DNA from: Candidatus Multivoradales bacterium
Lineage (GTDB): Bacteria > Acidobacteriota > Thermoanaerobaculia > Multivoradales > J023
NCBI GenBank assembly: GCA_965248925.1
Contig: CBDFLE010000006.1
Location: forward strand, 4,160,001-4,224,000
Direction: 5' to 3'
Length of the DNA: 64,000 nucleotides
Both the position numbers and the translations under genes were made by a program. This document shows positions 1 through 9,627 of the stretch, in pieces. The number at the start of each line of letters is the position of its first letter. Positions within the stretch are counted from its first letter, which is position 1. The notes beneath the pieces were generated by a model. That model saw nothing but the letters and a program-made list of their open reading frames with translations, had not been told where the DNA came from and did not search any database.

Positions 1-2531
1 AAGGAGCGTCCCACGACTTGCTGATCACCTACGAAGGTATCCGCCGAACGACCCGTCAGGTCAAAGTGGCGACCGCCGCCGGCGAGGTCTATCAGCCGGT
101 GATTCAGGAATCCGACCGCTATGGCCGCCTGCGTACTCTGCTGGAGGCTTCCGGCGCTGGCGGCGTGAGCATTCCCACTTCCTACTTCTACGATGTCGGC
201 AGCAGGATGACCAGCCTGTCGACGCCTTCGGCCCCCGCCATCGGTCCACCGCAGGGCACTGTCGTGGTGCAAGATCGCCTGTTCAACTACGACAACCGTG
301 GCTTCCTGTTGTCCGAAACGCACCCCGAGAAGGGCCTTTCGGGGAATGGCGCCGTGCTGTACGAGGATTACGATTCCTCGGGGCTCGCCCACCGGGTGAT
401 TGACGGCCCCGATGATCTCACCAAGGAATATGATTTCCTGGGCCGCCTAACCGCCGTCCGGGATCAAAGTCATGGCGGTCGATTGTTGTTGGAAGCGGAG
501 TTCGACGGAGCGTCCGGGGCGGGTCTCGGGCGACCGTGGAAATCGACTCGCCACAACTGGCTCGACTTGCCCTGGGACGGCCCCGGCGAGGTCGATGCCT
601 GGGTGCGGCAGACTCTCAGCTTCGAGGGGCCTAACGGTGCGCTGTCTATGACCGAAATGAAGGTCGCCCTCGAAGGGGTCAAGAGCTTCGAAACCCTCTA
701 TGACTACAACGAGCAGGGGTTGGTCTCGTCCCTGCGTTATCCAGAGTGCGTGGCCGGCACCTGTGCCGGCGCCGGAGCGCCGGCGCGAACCATCGCCGCG
801 ACCTACGACCAGGGCCTGCTGAAGGAAATACCGGGTTGGACCGGTGGCCCCATGACCTACCATCCGAGCGGTCTTTGGGCCACCATTCCCCACGCCAACG
901 GAGTCACCGACGAGCTGGTAGCCGACCCCGTTCGCCCTGGCCGGCCGCTACAGCTCAAAGTACTCGCGACGGACGGCACCGAACTCTGGAACAAAGGAGC
1001 CTACAGCTACGACGGCGCTGGCAACGTCGAAGCCATTGGCACGAGCTCCTTCGCGTACGACGAGGTCAGCCGGTTGGTCGAGGCTGCGGTGGAGGGCTAC
1101 GAGCAGCGCTTCACCTACGACACCTTTGCCAATTTGACCTCGTTCCTCACCAAACCACCCCAGGGACCTACTCACCAATTGCAGATTCCCGTCGATCAGG
1201 CGTCCAACCGACTCACCTCGGCGAGCTACGACAGCGCCGGCAATACGACCAATTGGAGCGCCAACCACTACGAGTGGGATGCGCTGGGGAGAATGACGTC
1301 CCTCAACGACCGGTTCTTCTATCTCTATGACAGCGGTGGCGAGCGGGCCGTGGCCATCGACTGGACCGGCACCTTGGACGCTAGGACGATGACTTTCACG
1401 CTCCGAGGTCTGGCGGGCGAGGTGTTGAGCCAGTTCGAAGTCGCCGGGGACGACAGCAGCGCCAATTGGCAACACCGCCGCGATTGGATCTTGGCTGGCG
1501 GACGGCTGCTGGCGACAGCGGATGCCGAAGGCACAGTGGCTCACCTCCACCTCGATCATTTGGGAAGCGTTCGCCTACGCACTGACGAGAACGGCTTCGA
1601 GCTCAGCCGACACGATTACCTACCCTATGGTGAGGAGATCACCCTGCCGGCGGATGGACTGCTCAAATTCACCGGCCACGAGCGCGACGGGGACGCCGGC
1701 CATGACTTCATGCATGCCCGCTACTACACCTGGGACCTGGGGCGTTTTCTCAGCGTCGATCCGGGTCGAGGACAGGCGGGAAGCCCTCACACACTGAATC
1801 TATATTCCTATTCCAAAGGAAACCCGCTTCAATTCGTCGACCCGGACGGCAGGAGCTTCAGGACTTTCTTGATAGAGGTTGGCGCCCTCGGAGGTTCCTT
1901 CTATCTCGGCGGCAAAGTCTTGCTTGCCGAACAAGCTGGTATGGCTGCCGCCGGGGTGGCCGGCGGCGGCGCTGCGGCCTTTGTCGGTGCCGGTATTTCG
2001 GGGTACGCGATCGGAACGGAAATCAATGGCGCTATGACCGCTTTCACCAGTCAGCCCGATTGGGCCCTGAGAACCTCTGGCCTACTGAATCCCGGGTTAG
2101 CCTGGCTATATCGGGCACTGACAGTAGCTGAGAATCCTCTTGAGTGGCAGGCAGGGCATGTGCAGGTCGATGACAAGGGTCGCCTAGTCTTCATCGATGG
2201 TGCCAACCCTCAAACCGAGTGCCCGGCAGGCCGATTTTGTGCGGATATCGAAGTTACTGCGGAGGGGGCTGAAAAGAGCCTTTCGGAGGAAATCGCGGAA
2301 AAGCACGAGGCCACCAAGCACCCAGACTCGTTGCTGCTGCCGACAGAACCCATTGGCGGCCAGGAAGTCTCGGAGTTCTGGATTGAGCTGCTCAACTTTC
2401 TGGACGTGAGCGGCTCGAGATCCTTCGCCAGCACTTACTTGCACGGTGGCCTTCTTCGGATTCAGATGGATGGCGGCTGGGGAGATTTCACCTGCGCGAC
2501 GGATATCACCTGCGATCCTTACGCCAAGTAA
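1..2531 (+). CDS. Rhs/YD-repeat protein, 3' part (5' end outside window), with Rhs core and unknown C-terminal domain
   Basis: YD repeats (YSYDGAGNV, YEWDALGRM). Rhs-core motifs HLDHLGSVR, YLPYGE, KFTGHERD, HARYY, GRFLSVDP, GNPLQFVDPDG. Frame is open to the window edge. Confidence 0.95.
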   Translation, partial: GASHDLLITYEGIRRTTRQVKVATAAGEVYQPVIQESDRYGRLRTLLEASGAGGVSIPTSYFYDVGSRMTSLSTPSAPAIGPPQGTVVVQDRLFNYDNRGFLLSETHPEKGLSGNGAVLYEDYDSSGLAHRVIDGPDDLTKEYDFLGRLTAVRDQSHGGRLLLEAEFDGASGAGLGRPWKSTRHNWLDLPWDGPGEVDAWVRQTLSFEGPNGALSMTEMKVALEGVKSFETLYDYNEQGLVSSLRYPECVAGTCAGAGAPARTIAATYDQGLLKEIPGWTGGPMTYHPSGLWATIPHANGVTDELVADPVRPGRPLQLKVLATDGTELWNKGAYSYDGAGNVEAIGTSSFAYDEVSRLVEAAVEGYEQRFTYDTFANLTSFLTKPPQGPTHQLQIPVDQASNRLTSASYDSAGNTTNWSANHYEWDALGRMTSLNDRFFYLYDSGGERAVAIDWTGTLDARTMTFTLRGLAGEVLSQFEVAGDDSSANWQHRRDWILAGGRLLATADAEGTVAHLHLDHLGSVRLRTDENGFELSRHDYLPYGEEITLPADGLLKFTGHERDGDAGHDFMHARYYTWDLGRFLSVDPGRGQAGSPHTLNLYSYSKGNPLQFVDPDGRSFRTFLIEVGALGGSFYLGGKVLLAEQAGMAAAGVAGGGAAAFVGAGISGYAIGTEINGAMTAFTSQPDWALRTSGLLNPGLAWLYRALTVAENPLEWQAGHVQVDDKGRLVFIDGANPQTECPAGRFCADIEVTAEGAEKSLSEEIAEKHEATKHPDSLLLPTEPIGGQEVSEFWIELLNFLDVSGSRSFASTYLHGGLLRIQMDGGWGDFTCATDITCDPYAK

Positions 2532-2554
2532 GAAAGGAACGCTATCGACCCACT

Positions 2555-2585
2555 AGGCCCCTTCCGAAGGGGCCTTCTTCTCTTG
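2555..2585 (+). terminator. Intrinsic terminator after Rhs
   Basis: AGGCCCCT-TCCGA-AGGGGCCT stem-loop followed by TCTTCTCTT, about 25 nt after the stop codon. Confidence 0.7.
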
Positions 2586-2770
2586 ACCGGCCAGCCATTA
2601 GCCGTCTAGGTTTGGCGACATCTTGACTCTTGAGCCAAGTTTCGCCAAACGAGACATCTTAGCTGGGGAGCGCATCGCGCGACCCACTAGAGCTGTGTCG
2701 CGACAACGCCGCCCGCTTACGAATGCCACCGGAGCGAAAGATGGCCGGCCGGCTCGTCGCAAGCGCCGGG

Positions 2771-2827
2771 GGATTGGGGTGCGGATTGGGGTGCCACCTT
2801 GGATTGGATTGGGGTGCCACCCATCTC
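2771..2827. repeat. Short nested repeat array (GGATTGGGGTGC...)
   Basis: Units GGATTGGGGTGC / GGATTGGGGTGCCACCTT / GGATT / GGATTGGGGTGCCACCCATC share the same start. Confidence 0.8.
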
Positions 2828-2854
2828 GGGGACGGGCCCTTACTGGTTGTCTGC

Positions 2855-4228
2855 CTAGTCTTTGAGCGCCACATGCCCGGCTTTGTGCAGCTTCCAGAAC
2901 AGTAGCTGGGCGTCGAGCTTGGGCATCGGGCATTGTTGCAGGATGGACTTGATGTCGTAGCGGCCATCGACCCTGGTCAGCATGAAGCCTTCTTCAGGTG
3001 AGATGGGGAGGTTGGCGAGATCGCCGAGGTCGCAGGTCAGTTTGGGCACGGACTTCAAGCCGATTCCAGCTTTTTGCAGCTCTTGGTGTACTCGCTCCTC
3101 GATCATCTTGGCGCGCTGCTCGGTGGTTGGGTTGGCACCCGCCGCCGTGGCAGCTTGCCGCAGGGCGGCGATGGCTTCGTCCAGGTGGCCATTGCCGGTC
3201 AAGGTCTCGGCTCGTTGCAGCAACTCATCGGCGGCGCTGAGCTGCGGCGGCGCGCTGGGAGGTGCCGAGGACGCCAGCGAAGTGCCGTCCGCGGCAGCGA
3301 ATTGCAAGGTCCGGCCGCCACCGACATTGACCGACTCATCGCCAGCTGCCGGGGGTCCCTGCACCACTGCTGGTGGCTGCTGTGCCGGTGGCTGAAGGTA
3401 GACCTGCTGCGGATAGGAGATCGTTGGCGGCGGCGCCACTAACTGCACCAACGGTTGAGTGGCAGTAGGGCGTTGGCTGCCGGGGGTTTGTTCGGCGACG
3501 GGCACCTCGACCCGGACCTCGATCATCCGCGGTCGCACCATCTTCAAGTAGCCTTGGCTGGCGACGTCGGACAAGGTCTGGGAAACTCGGAAGGCGCTGA
3601 GGGCGGCGCCCTCGGCGATTTCTTCGACCGTGCGGTCGTCGTCGATCAGGCCAAGAATTCGGCGGTCGATCTCTTCAGCCTCGAGTTCCCCGAGGTCTTT
3701 GATGATCACCGGCACCGCCATTGACGACGGGATAACCTCGCGAATCCGCGACCACTCGTCGACCCGCCGACTGCCTTCGAGAATTATCCACTGGGCGTCG
3801 AGCTGCATGCTGCGCACTGAATCGTCTTCCGGCAGCTCTTGATCGAGGAAGCGGAACTCGCCCTCGTCCCAGCTGAAGATCTCGTAGATGGTTTCTTCGG
3901 TTTTGAGCTGCAGGTGCTTGTTGAGCTGCTCTTCGTCGAGCAAGCCCATGCCGACCAAGATCTGGCCGAAGAGCTGGTGAGTTTCTTGTTGCTGTTCTAG
4001 GGCCTGATCGACATTCTCACGAGTGATCAGGCCGTGGCCGATCAGGAAGCGGCCGAGGTACTCGGAAGGACTGGTGGAGGCCGACGAGACGATGGAACCC
4101 TGGTCGAAGAAGATCTTTTTTTCAAGGTCGTCTTGCTCGAACACCAAGGTGCCGGTCTTCTGGCCCTGCGACAGCCATTGCAGCAGGTCCGCCAGGACCA
4201 TGGTCTTGAGATTGCCGCTGATACCCAT
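2855..4228 (-). CDS. DUF4388 (PATAN-like) domain protein with C-terminal TPR-like and winged-helix-like region
   Basis: N-terminus MGISGNLKTMVLADLLQWLSQGQKTGTL...IFSWDEGEFRF is typical of DUF4388. True start taken at ATG 4228 within the longer ORF. Confidence 0.85.
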   Translation of the reverse strand: MGISGNLKTMVLADLLQWLSQGQKTGTLVFEQDDLEKKIFFDQGSIVSSASTSPSEYLGRFLIGHGLITRENVDQALEQQQETHQLFGQILVGMGLLDEEQLNKHLQLKTEETIYEIFSWDEGEFRFLDQELPEDDSVRSMQLDAQWIILEGSRRVDEWSRIREVIPSSMAVPVIIKDLGELEAEEIDRRILGLIDDDRTVEEIAEGAALSAFRVSQTLSDVASQGYLKMVRPRMIEVRVEVPVAEQTPGSQRPTATQPLVQLVAPPPTISYPQQVYLQPPAQQPPAVVQGPPAAGDESVNVGGGRTLQFAAADGTSLASSAPPSAPPQLSAADELLQRAETLTGNGHLDEAIAALRQAATAAGANPTTEQRAKMIEERVHQELQKAGIGLKSVPKLTCDLGDLANLPISPEEGFMLTRVDGRYDIKSILQQCPMPKLDAQLLFWKLHKAGHVALKD

Positions 4229-4338
4229 AGGATTGGACAGCGCCCGCGGCGCCGGCCCATGACTATATCCGAATCTGCACCAATCTCTCTGTAGGCTGAA
4301 TCGGTGGTCTTTCTCTGTGCTCGATGAACCGCAGGCGA

Positions 4339-4827
4339 TCAATCGCGGGCCAGGGTGGTGCCGCGCTGCCCCTGGTAATGGCTCGACGAACCAGGATCGC
4401 CATAGGCCACTGTGGGCTCTTCTTCCATGCGCATGAAGATCAGCTGAGCGATGCGCCGCCCGGCTTCTAAGACGAAGGGCACCGGACCGAGGTTTTGCAA
4501 CTCGAGGGTGATGTTGCCTTCGAAGCCGGGGTCGCACCAGCCGGCCAGCGAGTGGTTGATCCACAGCCGGCCGAGGGTCGACTTGAGCTTCAGGTCGCAA
4601 GCTACGTCGCGGGGTATGCGGACGTATTCGAGGGTCGAGGCCAGCACCACTTCACCGGGGAATAACTTGATGTGCGGCGCGGTGGACTCGGCGGGTTCGC
4701 GGGTCGGACAGATCCAATGCTCGCTCACCCGGACATCGTAGCTGGCGGCGTTGACTTGTTCTTCGATGAAGGGCTCGGCGCCGCCGCCCAGGCCCCACTG
4801 ACGGATCCATCTGTCGGATTTGATCAA
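4339..4827 (-). CDS. dcd: dCTP deaminase
   Basis: ASYDVR, KSTLGR, AGWCDPGFEGNITLEL, RIAQLIF, YQGQRG motifs. Confidence 0.93.
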   Translation of the reverse strand: MIKSDRWIRQWGLGGGAEPFIEEQVNAASYDVRVSEHWICPTREPAESTAPHIKLFPGEVVLASTLEYVRIPRDVACDLKLKSTLGRLWINHSLAGWCDPGFEGNITLELQNLGPVPFVLEAGRRIAQLIFMRMEEEPTVAYGDPGSSSHYQGQRGTTLARD

Positions 4828-4872
4828 TGTCTTGGGCTCCGGGTCGGCGGTTGGCTAGTCAGCGGTGGGTGC

Positions 4873-5853
4873 TCAGCGGAAGTTGACCGGGCTGTTGACG
4901 TCGTCGCGGTGAATGGTGTCGACGAATTGGATCATCCGCCGTTTGAGCGACATCAGCAGGGTGGAGCTGCGGGCGCCGCCGCCGAAGAATCGGACGCCGC
5001 GGATCAGCTCGCCATCGGTGACCCCAGTACAGCTGAAGACGATGTCTTCGCCCGGCGCCAGCTCCTCGGTGGAGTAGATCTTGCTGGTGTCGTTGTAGCC
5101 CAATTCCGCCAATCGTCCCTCTTGATCTTGGTCGAGGGCGACCAGGCGGGCTTGGATTTGGCCACCTAGGCAACGCATGGCGGCGGCGGTCAGCACTCCC
5201 TCGGGAGCGCCGCCGGTCCCCATCACTGCATGGACGCCGGAGCCGCGCACCGCGGCCGAGATACCAGCCGCCATGTCGCCGTCCGAGATCAGCCGAATGC
5301 GGGCACCAGCGGAACGAATGTCAGCGATCAGTTGCCGGTGGCGCTTCCGCTCGAGCACCACCACCGTTAGATCACTGACCTCACGGCCGAAGGCTTGGGC
5401 GATGTTGCGCAGGTTCTCGGCCACCGGGGCGTCGATATGCACTACGTCGCGGGCGGTCGGGCCGACGACGATTTTCTCCATATAAGTATCGGGGGCGTGC
5501 AGCAGGCCGCCGCGCTCGGCCGCCGCCAGCACCGCCACCGCGCCGGGGCCGCCGGTGGAGCAGAGGTTGGTGCCTTCGAGGGGGTCGACCGCGATGTCGA
5601 CTTGCAAGGCCTCTTGCTGGCCCTTGCAGGCGCCGACCTCTTCGCCGATGAAGAGCATTGGCGCCTTGTCGCGTTCGCCCTCGCCGATCACTACCCGGCC
5701 GGCGATGTCCACCGACTCGAGGGTTTGGCGCATCGCCTCGACGGCAACGTGGTCGGAGTGCACGCCATCGCCGTAGCCCATGGTCTGGGCGGCGGCCAAA
5801 GCGGCTTTTTCGGTGACAGCAAGGAAGTCCTGCTCGATTAGTTGGCGGCTCAT
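4873..5853 (-). CDS. glpX: Class II fructose-1,6-bisphosphatase
   Basis: [45 protein letters not shown] motifs. Confidence 0.96.
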   Translation of the reverse strand: MSRQLIEQDFLAVTEKAALAAAQTMGYGDGVHSDHVAVEAMRQTLESVDIAGRVVIGEGERDKAPMLFIGEEVGACKGQQEALQVDIAVDPLEGTNLCSTGGPGAVAVLAAAERGGLLHAPDTYMEKIVVGPTARDVVHIDAPVAENLRNIAQAFGREVSDLTVVVLERKRHRQLIADIRSAGARIRLISDGDMAAGISAAVRGSGVHAVMGTGGAPEGVLTAAAMRCLGGQIQARLVALDQDQEGRLAELGYNDTSKIYSTEELAPGEDIVFSCTGVTDGELIRGVRFFGGGARSSTLLMSLKRRMIQFVDTIHRDDVNSPVNFR

Positions 5854-7073
5854 CCGCTGGTCCTCTGGCTAGCCGCGGGCGCCGGTTGGGCTGTCCGCTG
5901 CGGCGGGTTGAAGGCTTGGATGCCAGTGATGGCGGCACCGATCACCAAACCGTGAATGTCGTGGGTGCCTTCGTAGGTGTAGACCGACTCGATGTTGAGC
6001 ATGTGTCGGATCACCGGATAGTCGTCGACGATGCCGTTGGCGCCGAGGATCTCCCGCGCCAGCTTGGCGCTCTCTCTCGCCACCCAGACGTTGTTGCGCT
6101 TGCCGAGGGAGACGTGCTGATGCTTGAGCCTGCCTTGATCCTTGAGTCGGGCGAGCTGTAGCGCCAGCAGCTGGCCCTTGGAGATCTCGGAGATCATCCA
6201 CACCAGCTTCTCTTGCACCAGCTGATGGCAGGCGATCGGCTGGCCAGCGAACTGGATGCGCTCTTTGGAGTACTCGAGGGCGGTGTGGTAGCAGTCCATG
6301 GCGGCGCCGAGGCCGCCCCAGGCAATGCCGTAGCGGGCCTGGTTGAGGCACATCAGCGCGTTCTTCAAGCCGACCGTCTTGGGCAAAATGCTGTCCCCCG
6401 AGATGCGGCAGTCCTGGAAGCTGAGTTCCGAGGTCACCGAGGCGCGGAGGGAGAACTTGCCGTGCTGGTCGGAGGAAGTGTAGCCAGCGGTGCCTTGTTC
6501 GACCAGGAAGCCGCGTACGCCGTCGTCGGTCTGGGCCCAGACCACGGCAATGTCGGCCAGCGAGCCGTTGGTGATCCACTGCTTGGAACCGTTCAAGATC
6601 CAGTCGTTGCCGTCGCGCTTGGCGTGGGTCAGCATACCGCCGGGATTGGAGCCGAAGTCGGGCTCGGTGAGACCGAAGCAGCCGATCGCTTCGCCACTGG
6701 CCAGGGCCGGGATCCAGCGATCTTTCTGCGCTTGCGAGCCGAAGGCGTAGATCGGATACATGACCAGCGAACTCTGCACCGAGACGAAGCTGCGCAAGCC
6801 TGAATCGCCGCGCTCGAGTTCTTGCATGATCAGCCCGTAGGCCACCCCGCCCAGCCCCGGTAGGCCGTACTCGTCGATCGAGGCGCCGAATAAGTTGAGC
6901 TTGCCCAGTTCCGGCACCAGGTGCATCGGGAAGGTGGCCTCGCGGTGGCACTCTTCGATCAGCGGCATGAACATGTCATCGACGAATTCGCGCACGGTGT
7001 CGCGCACTAGGCGCTCTTCGTCGGTCAGGAGCGCGTCGAACTCCAGGAAGTCGACGCCGTTGAAGCGGTTCAC
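5850..7073 (-). CDS. Acyl-CoA dehydrogenase, glutaryl-CoA dehydrogenase-like
   Basis: [53 protein letters not shown]. Confidence 0.9.
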   Translation of the reverse strand: MNRFNGVDFLEFDALLTDEERLVRDTVREFVDDMFMPLIEECHREATFPMHLVPELGKLNLFGASIDEYGLPGLGGVAYGLIMQELERGDSGLRSFVSVQSSLVMYPIYAFGSQAQKDRWIPALASGEAIGCFGLTEPDFGSNPGGMLTHAKRDGNDWILNGSKQWITNGSLADIAVVWAQTDDGVRGFLVEQGTAGYTSSDQHGKFSLRASVTSELSFQDCRISGDSILPKTVGLKNALMCLNQARYGIAWGGLGAAMDCYHTALEYSKERIQFAGQPIACHQLVQEKLVWMISEISKGQLLALQLARLKDQGRLKHQHVSLGKRNNVWVARESAKLAREILGANGIVDDYPVIRHMLNIESVYTYEGTHDIHGLVIGAAITGIQAFNPPQRTAQPAPAASQRTSG

Positions 7074-7374
7074 GGGGTATCCTCCTTCAGCAAGGTGTCA
7101 GCGGGCTTGAAGCGGTAAGCGGCTGGCGTTCTCTGGGTGATGAATGCCCGGCTCCAGCCATGGTGTCCACCTGTTCAGCGGCCGCATCTGACCGCGGGTC
7201 GAACCCTATTGCCGAAACCCTGTATTGCAACCCTACTGTTGGAACTCGATGTTGCCAATTCGATGTCAGAATTCAGCGGAGCGTTGGCAGCGGAGCGCTC
7301 GGAAATGTCGAAATATTGGCCAGCCACGAGTCCGCAGCATAGCACGGTGAAAGCGCCGGTAGTATCATGCCGCC

Positions 7375-7641
7375 ATGAGTAATTTCGCGGGCGGTAGCGC
7401 CTTTTCCATGGCCCAGCAGGTGGCCATGGGAGTACTTTTGGTCACCGAGCGTACCCTCCGCCGCATGCGCCGTCCGGACCTCGACAAGCTGGGCTTCGAG
7501 ATCGATCGGCTGCTACGCGATATCCGTAGCCAACCGGCGTCGCTGGATGACACCTTGGCGATTCAGCAGCGCAACCGCAAGATCCAACGTCTGAACACCA
7601 GTCGCATGATGTTGCAGGCCTTTCGCCTGCACCGCCGTTAG
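7375..7641 (+). CDS. Small basic hypothetical protein
   Basis: ATG-started 88-aa ORF with coding-like composition, first of a + strand gene run. Confidence 0.7.
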   Translation: MSNFAGGSAFSMAQQVAMGVLLVTERTLRRMRRPDLDKLGFEIDRLLRDIRSQPASLDDTLAIQQRNRKIQRLNTSRMMLQAFRLHRR

Positions 7642-7657
7642 CTCTCGGAGGCGACGG

Positions 7658-8599
7658 ATGGGGTGGCAAGTCGTGGTGTTGGCGGGGGTAGCGGTGTTTT
7701 CGCCCCCGGCGGGGTCGGCAGAGGATATTCAAGCTCTGGCGCCCGCGATCGACGTCACCAGGATCGGCGGGGCGATGCTGGCTACCCTGCTGGCGGTGTG
7801 GTGGGTGGACCGGCGAATAGCGAGCGGGCGCTTCTTTCCTCCTGGTTTCCACCAGCCGTGGCGGCGGCTGGCAGCGGCGGCGGCCCTCTTCGTGGTTTTT
7901 CTAGTGGGCATTTTTGCTCCGGCGGCGATGTTGGGGCTGGATCTCGGTCTCGATCTGGAAGCACTGCAGGAGCTGAGCAGCTGGGATCTATTCGCCATGG
8001 CCAGACTGCTGACTCTGGCACTGGGGGCTTGGTATTTGCTCGGCTACGTCGGCGTCGGAGTGCGCGGCGCGGCCTGGGGGTGGTTGGGGCAATTCGGCCT
8101 GCGCGCCCGGCGGCCGCAGAGCGAGCTGGTGGTGGGGGTGGTGGCTGGGCTGGGAGCGTGGGCGGCGGCACTGGCCGCCGCGCTCTTGCTGGCCGCCGTG
8201 GTCGGGATCTTTGCCGGCGAGGACTTTCTTCAGGCCCGCGAGTCGCCCGAGGAGATCGTCTGGATGGCGGGGCTGCCGGTGGTGATGCGGATCCTGCTGT
8301 CCCTGTCTGCCGGAATCTTCGAGGAGATCTTCTTTCGTGGCTTCTTGCAGCCGCGTGTTGGCGTTGGGTTGTCCGCCGCCTTTTTCGCCGCCGCTCACCT
8401 GGGCTATGGCGAGCCGATGATGCTCGCTGGGATCATCGTGTTGTCGTTGATTTACGCTGCTTTGGCGCGTTGGCGCGGCAACATCTTGGCGGCGATCACC
8501 GCCCACGTCCTCTTTGATCTAGTGCAGCTCTTGGTGGTGATCCCCGCGGCTCTGGCTGGTCTGGAAGCCAGCGGCGCGGCGGTAGCCGTCTTGCCCTAG
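7658..8599 (+). CDS. CPBP (CAAX/Abi) family intramembrane metalloprotease
   Basis: Multi-TM protein with EEIFFRG, FAAAH and AHVLFD motifs. Confidence 0.88.
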   Translation: MGWQVVVLAGVAVFSPPAGSAEDIQALAPAIDVTRIGGAMLATLLAVWWVDRRIASGRFFPPGFHQPWRRLAAAAALFVVFLVGIFAPAAMLGLDLGLDLEALQELSSWDLFAMARLLTLALGAWYLLGYVGVGVRGAAWGWLGQFGLRARRPQSELVVGVVAGLGAWAAALAAALLLAAVVGIFAGEDFLQARESPEEIVWMAGLPVVMRILLSLSAGIFEEIFFRGFLQPRVGVGLSAAFFAAAHLGYGEPMMLAGIIVLSLIYAALARWRGNILAAITAHVLFDLVQLLVVIPAALAGLEASGAAVAVLP

Positions 8600-8630
8600 G
8601 ACCGTCCACCGATCTGCTACACTGCGTCCG

Positions 8631-9062
8631 ATGCCTCCCGAGAAGCCACAGGTTCGCATCACTATCGATAGTCGATTCGAGCACATCGACCTGATTCAGG
8701 TCGTGTTAGACGATGCCATGGACCGCCTGGGACTCGACGAGGACGCTCGCCATTGGGTGGGGATCGCGGTTCGCGAGGCAGTGGCCAACGCTATCAAGCA
8801 CGGCAATCGGCAAGACCCCGACAAGGAGGTTGATGTTGAGCTGGCGCTGGTCGGCGAGCAGGTCGTGATCCGCATCGAGGATCGCGGCGAAGGGTTCGAT
8901 CCGGAGTTGGTGGACAATCCTGTGGCGCCGGAGAATCTGCTCAAATCCAGTGGCCGAGGCATCTTCTACATGAAGAATTTCATGGATGAGATCGAGTACA
9001 GCTTTCGGCCGGGCGGCGGCACGGTGGTTACCTTGCGCAAATGTCTGGTCCGGCCGGAATGA
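8631..9062 (+). CDS. Anti-sigma factor Ser kinase (RsbW/SpoIIAB-like, HATPase)
   Basis: EAVANAIKHGN, DRGEGFD, SGRGIFYM, GGGTVV. Confidence 0.92.
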   Translation: MPPEKPQVRITIDSRFEHIDLIQVVLDDAMDRLGLDEDARHWVGIAVREAVANAIKHGNRQDPDKEVDVELALVGEQVVIRIEDRGEGFDPELVDNPVAPENLLKSSGRGIFYMKNFMDEIEYSFRPGGGTVVTLRKCLVRPE

Positions 9063-9138
9063 GAATGTCCATTGCAGCGGCAACTAAAGCAGCGCGGCGA
9101 TAACCAAGCAGCGGCGGAGATGGAAAGGAGCTGATCGG

Positions 9139-9474
9139 ATGAAGATTTCAGTGAGTCAGAAAGAAGGTGTCACGGTGCTGGCGCCGAAAGGCAAGATCAC
9201 CATTGGCGTCGGCGACGTGGCCCTGCGCGAAGCGGTGTGCCAAGCCCTGGAAGCGGGGGCGCAGAAGATCTTGTTCGACCTCGCCGGAGTTACGACCATG
9301 GACTCCTCGGGCATTGGCGAGTTGGTCAGCGCCTACACCACGGTGACCAACCGAGAGGGCCAGCTCAAATTGGCCAGCTTGCCGAAGAAGGTCACCGACA
9401 TTCTGCAGGTCACCCAGCTGATCACCGTATTCGAGGTCTTCGACACGGTCGATGAAGCGGTCGCGGCGTTCTAG
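9139..9474 (+). CDS. Anti-sigma factor antagonist (STAS, RsbV/SpoIIAA-like)
   Basis: MDSSGIGELV phosphoacceptor motif; GGAG RBS. Confidence 0.93.
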   Translation: MKISVSQKEGVTVLAPKGKITIGVGDVALREAVCQALEAGAQKILFDLAGVTTMDSSGIGELVSAYTTVTNREGQLKLASLPKKVTDILQVTQLITVFEVFDTVDEAVAAF

Positions 9475-9492
9475 ACGTCGAGGGGCTGAGAC

Positions 9493-9608
9493 CGAGGGGT
9501 TAGAACCCCTCGCTAGTACATGACGTCCCTGTGGGACGGGGAATTGGCGGCCTTCGTCCGCCCCGCTGGGGCGGACGTTGTACAATAGCGAGGGATTTTA
9601 ATCCCTCG
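9493..9608. repeat. Inverted pair of REP-like double-hairpin elements
   Basis: CGAGGGGTTAGAACCCCTCG-CTAG-N-ACGTCCCTGTGGGACG (9493-9538) and an inverted copy at 9555-9608. Same family occurs at 27334-27471. Confidence 0.8.
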
Positions 9609-9627
9609 TCTCTTCGCGCCCGTTCTC

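Noticed and set aside
4229-4600. N-terminal extension of the 581-aa ORF
   Set aside because: It overlaps dcd in another frame; the DUF4388 domain starts at ATG 4228.
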